From Phormidesmis sp. (lineage in GTDB: Bacteria > Cyanobacteriota > Cyanobacteriia > Leptolyngbyales > Leptolyngbyaceae), in NCBI GenBank assembly GCA_965248535.1, contig CBDFJR010000005.1, positions 256,001 to 320,000 of the forward strand: a DNA stretch of 64,000 bases, in the 5' to 3' direction. Made by a program: the position numbers and the translations under genes. The notes beneath the pieces were generated by a model that was given only the letters and a program-made list of their open reading frames with translations, searched no databases and was not told the DNA's origin. This document shows, piece after piece, positions 59,857 to 64,000 of this stretch (position 1 is its first letter; every line of letters starts with the position of its first letter).

Positions 59857-60318
59857 TCATCCCAAGATTGTATGACCATAAATCGTCAAATAAGTCTCGG
59901 TCGAGTTGATCGGCAGCACTCGTAAGGATTGATTTTGTAAGTCAAGCTCAATGCCCAACGCCTCTAGAGGAATCACCCCCAGTAAGGGATCTCCACCTCC
60001 TGGCAACTCCAAACATTCAAAGGTGCCTTCTCGATCGCCCAAAAAAATAGTGGCATCTCTAAAAATTCGAGCTTTGCCGATTCCCATTGCTGTTGAGACA
60101 TCGACTTCTTTAAGAAGTTCCAGCCCCAACCGATCAATTACGTCTCTTGGTAACGATAAAGTTGTTGCCCCAGTATCGACTAGAACTTTTTTGAGGGTCA
60201 CCGATCGGATTTGATCCTCTGCAATCACGCCTGCCTGAGCCAAAATCTGGTCGGCTCGATTGGTAACTACTAAGGTTGTTAAAACTTTGCCCATGTCAGT
60301 GTTAATTTCTATAGACAT
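59857..60318 (-). CDS. Retropepsin-like (clan AA) aspartyl protease
   Basis: LVDTGATTLSLP and PLLGVIPLE motifs. Confidence 0.88.
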   Translation of the reverse strand: MSIEINTDMGKVLTTLVVTNRADQILAQAGVIAEDQIRSVTLKKVLVDTGATTLSLPRDVIDRLGLELLKEVDVSTAMGIGKARIFRDATIFLGDREGTFECLELPGGGDPLLGVIPLEALGIELDLQNQSLRVLPINSTETYLTIYGHTILG

Positions 60319-60427
60319 CTATTGACCTCCTAGTAATCCCTTAAAGCCGATAGCCTTATCGTAACGGGCCTACAGATTAGAGTGTCCTATACTGTAAAAT
60401 TGAACGCGGCAGCAGAGAGGACATTGC

Positions 60428-61879
60428 ATGGCATCCATTCGCGAGTTGCATCAACAACTCATTAATAAAGATCGATCGGCGGTTGAAATCGCTCAAGAAG
60501 CCCTCAATCGGATTCAAACCCTTGAGCCGACGCTGCACAGCTTTTTGCACCTTACGCCCGATCGGGCCCTCGACCAAGCCCAGCGAGTGGATGCCAAAAT
60601 TGCCGCCGGAGAAGAGATTGGATTGCTGGCGGGAATCCCGATCGCCCTCAAAGATAACCTGTGTACTCAAGGCATTCCCACCACTTGCGCGTCGCGAATC
60701 TTGCAAAATTTTGTGCCCCCCTATGAATCGACGGTGACGCAAAAACTAGCTGATGCGGGCACGGTCATGGTCGGCAAAACTAACATGGATGAGTTTGCGA
60801 TGGGCGGCTCAACCGAAACCTCTGCCTATCAACTCACCGCTAACCCTTGGGATGTGGGGCGTGTGCCCGGTGGCTCGTCAGGTGGCTCGGCGGCAGCAGT
60901 CGCGGCGGAGGAATGTGTGGTTTCTCTCGGCTCTGACACAGGCGGCTCGATTCGGCAACCGGCCTCGTTTTGTGGCATCGTCGGACTGAAGCCGACCTAT
61001 GGACTAGTCTCTCGTTATGGGCTAGTCGCTTTTGCCTCCTCGTTGGATCAAATTGGCCCGTTTGGGCGATCGGTGGAAGACACCGCGATTTTGCTCAACG
61101 CGATCGCCGGATACGATCCCAAAGATGCCACGAGTCTCAAGGTCGAAGTTCCCGACTATACGCAGTTTCTTACGTCCGATATCAAGGGCAAAAAAGTAGG
61201 AGTCATTCGCGAAACCTTTGGTGAAGGGTTAGATCCAGAGGTTGAAAAGACGATTCGAGCGGCGATCTCCCACCTCAAAGATCTCGGAGCCGAGATTCAA
61301 GAAATCTCCTGTCCTCGCTTTCGCTATGGCATCGCCGCTTATTACATCATTGCGCCGTCAGAAGCCTCGGCTAATCTGGCTCGCTATGATGGCGTTCGCT
61401 ATGGTGCCCGGGCCGAAGACGCTGAGAACTTAATGGATATGTATCTGCGAACTCGGTCTGAAGGCTTTGGCGCAGAGGTCAAGCGCCGGATTATGATCGG
61501 CACCTATGTGCTGTCGGCGGGCTATTACGACGCTTATTATCTGCAAGCCCAAAAAGTGAGAACGCTGATCAAACAAGACTTTGAGCAAGCTTTTTCTCAG
61601 GTGGATGTGTTGGTGTCTCCGACTGCGCCGACTACGGCATTTAAGATGGGCGAAAAGACGGCTGACCCGCTGAGTATGTATCTGACGGATTTGATGACCA
61701 TTCCCGTCAACTTGGCCGGGCTGCCGGGCATGAGTGTTCCCTGTGGGTTTGATGCTCAAGGCCTCCCGATCGGGCTACAAATTGTCGGCAATGTGCTGCG
61801 AGAAGACCAAATTTTTCAAGTCGCGTCTGCCTATGAGCGATCGACCGAATGGCACAAACACAGCCCTAAGTTGGACTAG
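60428..61879 (+). CDS. gatA: Asp/Glu-tRNA amidotransferase subunit A
   Basis: [38 protein letters not shown] and [11 protein letters not shown] motifs. Confidence 0.98.
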   Translation: MASIRELHQQLINKDRSAVEIAQEALNRIQTLEPTLHSFLHLTPDRALDQAQRVDAKIAAGEEIGLLAGIPIALKDNLCTQGIPTTCASRILQNFVPPYESTVTQKLADAGTVMVGKTNMDEFAMGGSTETSAYQLTANPWDVGRVPGGSSGGSAAAVAAEECVVSLGSDTGGSIRQPASFCGIVGLKPTYGLVSRYGLVAFASSLDQIGPFGRSVEDTAILLNAIAGYDPKDATSLKVEVPDYTQFLTSDIKGKKVGVIRETFGEGLDPEVEKTIRAAISHLKDLGAEIQEISCPRFRYGIAAYYIIAPSEASANLARYDGVRYGARAEDAENLMDMYLRTRSEGFGAEVKRRIMIGTYVLSAGYYDAYYLQAQKVRTLIKQDFEQAFSQVDVLVSPTAPTTAFKMGEKTADPLSMYLTDLMTIPVNLAGLPGMSVPCGFDAQGLPIGLQIVGNVLREDQIFQVASAYERSTEWHKHSPKLD

Positions 61880-62147
61880 TGATCAGAAGTTTCAGGTTTT
61901 AGGTTCTTGACTCCTAAAACTTCTGCTCTAATTAACTCTAGCGGTTCAGAAAGCGAGAAACGTGATAGTCAAACCTACTCATGACTAGAGGTTTTGAAGT
62001 TCTATCTATCGTTCATTTTAGTATAGTCAGACTGAATTCAAAATCATTGAAAGTTCTGCATTAGGATTTTCCTTAAAGTGTGACTTGCTGCGTTATAAAT
62101 TTTTGCCTATCGAATAGTTAAAAGGCAGTAAAGGAGTATCTGCACAG

Positions 62148-62723
62148 ATGGTAAAAGGAAGAATAGAAGCCTTCAGCGACGGTGTAATTGCCATTATCAT
62201 TACGATTATGGTGCTCGAAATCAAAGTTCCTCATGGGAGTGATCTGTCAGCATTGCGTCCGCTGCTATCAGTGTTTCTCAGCTATGTGCTGAGTTTCATT
62301 TACGTTGGCATTTATTGGAACAATCATCACCATTTGCTGCAAGCGGTTGAATATGTCAACGGTCAGATTCTTTGGGCCAATCTGCATCTGCTGTTTTGGT
62401 TGTCGCTGATCCCCTTTGTCACAGGCTGGATGGGTGAAAATCACTTTGCTGCGTTGCCTGTTGCTTGTTATGGCGTGGTGCTGCTGTGTGCCGCGATCGC
62501 TTATTTTATTTTGACCAGAGTCTTGGTTGCTCACCACGGCAAACAGTCTGCTCTCGCGATCGCTCTCGGAAGAGACTCTAAAGGAAAAGCCTCGATCGGG
62601 TTCTACGCTGTAGCAATTTTGCTGTCGTTGATCAATCCGTGGTTGTCTTGTGCGCTCTATGTTTTAGTGGCGATTATCTGGCTGATTCCCGATCGTCGCA
62701 TCGAGAAAACGCTAATCTCCTAA
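62148..62723 (+). CDS. TMEM175 family potassium channel (DUF1211)
   Basis: RIEAFSDGVIAIIITIMVLE signature and YWNNHH. Confidence 0.93.
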   Translation: MVKGRIEAFSDGVIAIIITIMVLEIKVPHGSDLSALRPLLSVFLSYVLSFIYVGIYWNNHHHLLQAVEYVNGQILWANLHLLFWLSLIPFVTGWMGENHFAALPVACYGVVLLCAAIAYFILTRVLVAHHGKQSALAIALGRDSKGKASIGFYAVAILLSLINPWLSCALYVLVAIIWLIPDRRIEKTLIS

Positions 62724-62791
62724 TCAGAGTTGTGTACTGGTGCAATTTTTGCGCGAGTACATAACCTGACTGTTATAAACAGTCCACCCTT

Positions 62792-63265
62792 CTAAAACGG
62801 AATATCATCGAGTTCGGGCTGGTCGATCGGGGCAGGAGTAGCCGAAGCCTTGGTGGTCGTTTTTGCCCTGGGAGTCGCCGCAGGCTTTGCCGTTGAAGTC
62901 GCCGCCGCAGGTTGGCTCACCGTTCCCGCAGTAGACGCGATCGCTGACGTGGTGATCTCGGCCCCATTCAGGGCGTAGATCTTCTGCACCGTCATTTCTG
63001 CCATCTTTTCTTTAAAGCCTTCAGGACGCTCGATCGTGCTCATCGTCAAGCGCCCGTCGAGAATGACGCGATCGCCCACATGATAGTTTGCCTGAATGTC
63101 TTGGGCCATGTTGCCCCACCCCACCACCTTTAGCGTCACCGGAGGCTCTTCGGGACGCAACCCTGCAAACTGGACGCGCATCTCAGCGATCGGCGTTTGG
63201 TTATCAGGCGTAAAGCGGAGTTGAGGCTCTTGAATGATCTCCGCCATCAAGATGCAGTTATTCAT
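62792..63265 (-). CDS. ssb: Single-stranded DNA-binding protein family (cyanobacterial paralog)
   Basis: OB-fold (PQLRFTPD, VGWG, GRL) and acidic DDIPF tail. Confidence 0.85.
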   Translation of the reverse strand: MNNCILMAEIIQEPQLRFTPDNQTPIAEMRVQFAGLRPEEPPVTLKVVGWGNMAQDIQANYHVGDRVILDGRLTMSTIERPEGFKEKMAEMTVQKIYALNGAEITTSAIASTAGTVSQPAAATSTAKPAATPRAKTTTKASATPAPIDQPELDDIPF

Positions 63266-63659
63266 GGGTTGTTCGTCCTTTGTCTGGGTCGATGGTCTTT
63301 TGTGAGTCAGCTAGTCTGCAAGTGAATTAGTCCGTCCTCACCGCCGCTTCTTAATTTTAACTGTTGGCTGATCAACCCTGCACATTTAACCCTGACTAAA
63401 GAGATCACCCGTCTGGGTAACTGCCGAAGCGATCGCTGGTTAGTTAACTTAGATGCAGCGAATTCTACTACAGAAAATTAATTTACTAAAGCACTTGGTT
63501 TCGATCTCGAAGCTAGTCTCAGGGCGCGACAGTTCGATTTTTACTCACCCCAATCGTCTGATGATCAATCTCAAAGCTTGTCTACAAGAGCTATTGACGA
63601 GGGCATTTGGATATCTCAGCACTGACTTAGATCTTGATACTCAACTAGGAGACTTAACG

Positions 63660-64000
63660 ATGCCAAATATCGTAATCGAATGGAACGGCGTTTATCTCAA
63701 TGCCATTCGCAACAAGAAACAAGACTCACCTGGCGGAATCGCTAGAAAAGGCGCAATGCTGCACGGCGCGATTTATGATGCTGTTAACTCGATCGTCAAG
63801 ACTCATCAACCCTACCTAATCAGCATTCCGGCTACGGATGGAGCTTCGATCGAAGCCGCCGTTGCTCAAGCCGCTTACCAGATTCTCACTCACGTTTACC
63901 CCGAACAGAAAGCCACCTTTGATTTGAGCTTGCAAGCCTCGATCGAACGCATCTCGGCGGCTGACAGTTCTCAAAACGTTCAGAACGGACGCATCATCGG
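63660..64000 (+). CDS. Vanadium-dependent haloperoxidase / PAP2-superfamily protein (3' partial)
   Basis: Translated by hand: MPNIVIEWNGVYLNAIR..PGGIARKGAMLHGAIYDAVNSI..EAAVAQAAYQILTHVYPEQ; AGGAG RBS; open to the window end. Confidence 0.8.
   Translation, partial: MPNIVIEWNGVYLNAIRNKKQDSPGGIARKGAMLHGAIYDAVNSIVKTHQPYLISIPATDGASIEAAVAQAAYQILTHVYPEQKATFDLSLQASIERISAADSSQNVQNGRII

Larger units (their letters stand above)
1..64000. repeat. HIP1 (GCGATCGC) and core CGATCG highly iterated throughout
   Basis: Visible at 112, 145, 244, 458 (core), 3185 and many more positions, mostly within coding regions. Confidence 0.95.

Overview
Chromosomal window from a cyanobacterium. The evidence is dense HIP1 GCGATCGC/CGATCG sites plus petL, CP12, ycf34, Tic20 and Uma2/XisHI families; a filamentous Leptolyngbyaceae-like organism is my inference. 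Most of it is housekeeping: ftsY, aroB, era, surE, smc, glpX-hemA, a tRNA nucleotidyltransferase, rpsB-tsf, argG, rpsF, cobA/sirB-like, rluD, gatA and an ssb-like gene. It also holds a kdpA-kdpB-kdpF/G-kdpC operon with a divergent histidine kinase/NarL-type regulator pair, partner-switching components (two PP2C phosphatases, an RsbW-like kinase, a STAS protein), and small accessory inserts (2x Uma2, xisHI, hicB plus truncated hicA, an orphan antitoxin remnant, a retropepsin). Features missing from the ORF track are petL, a partial vanadium haloperoxidase at the right edge, the rpsB and rpsF leader RNAs, and a family of REP-like palindromes. Three genes are split by single-base homopolymer indels. 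I found no rRNA, tRNA, CRISPR array, transposase or prophage, and I cannot demonstrate a clearly novel system. The best leads are: a site-2 protease / membrane-anchored PIN protein / emfourin-like inhibitor / phosphatase / anti-sigma cluster; a CP12 lacking its PRK-binding motif head-to-head with FBP/SBPase; a small basic ribosomal-protein-like ORF; and REP-like palindromes next to decaying accessory cassettes. All family assignments come from motif recognition, not database searches.
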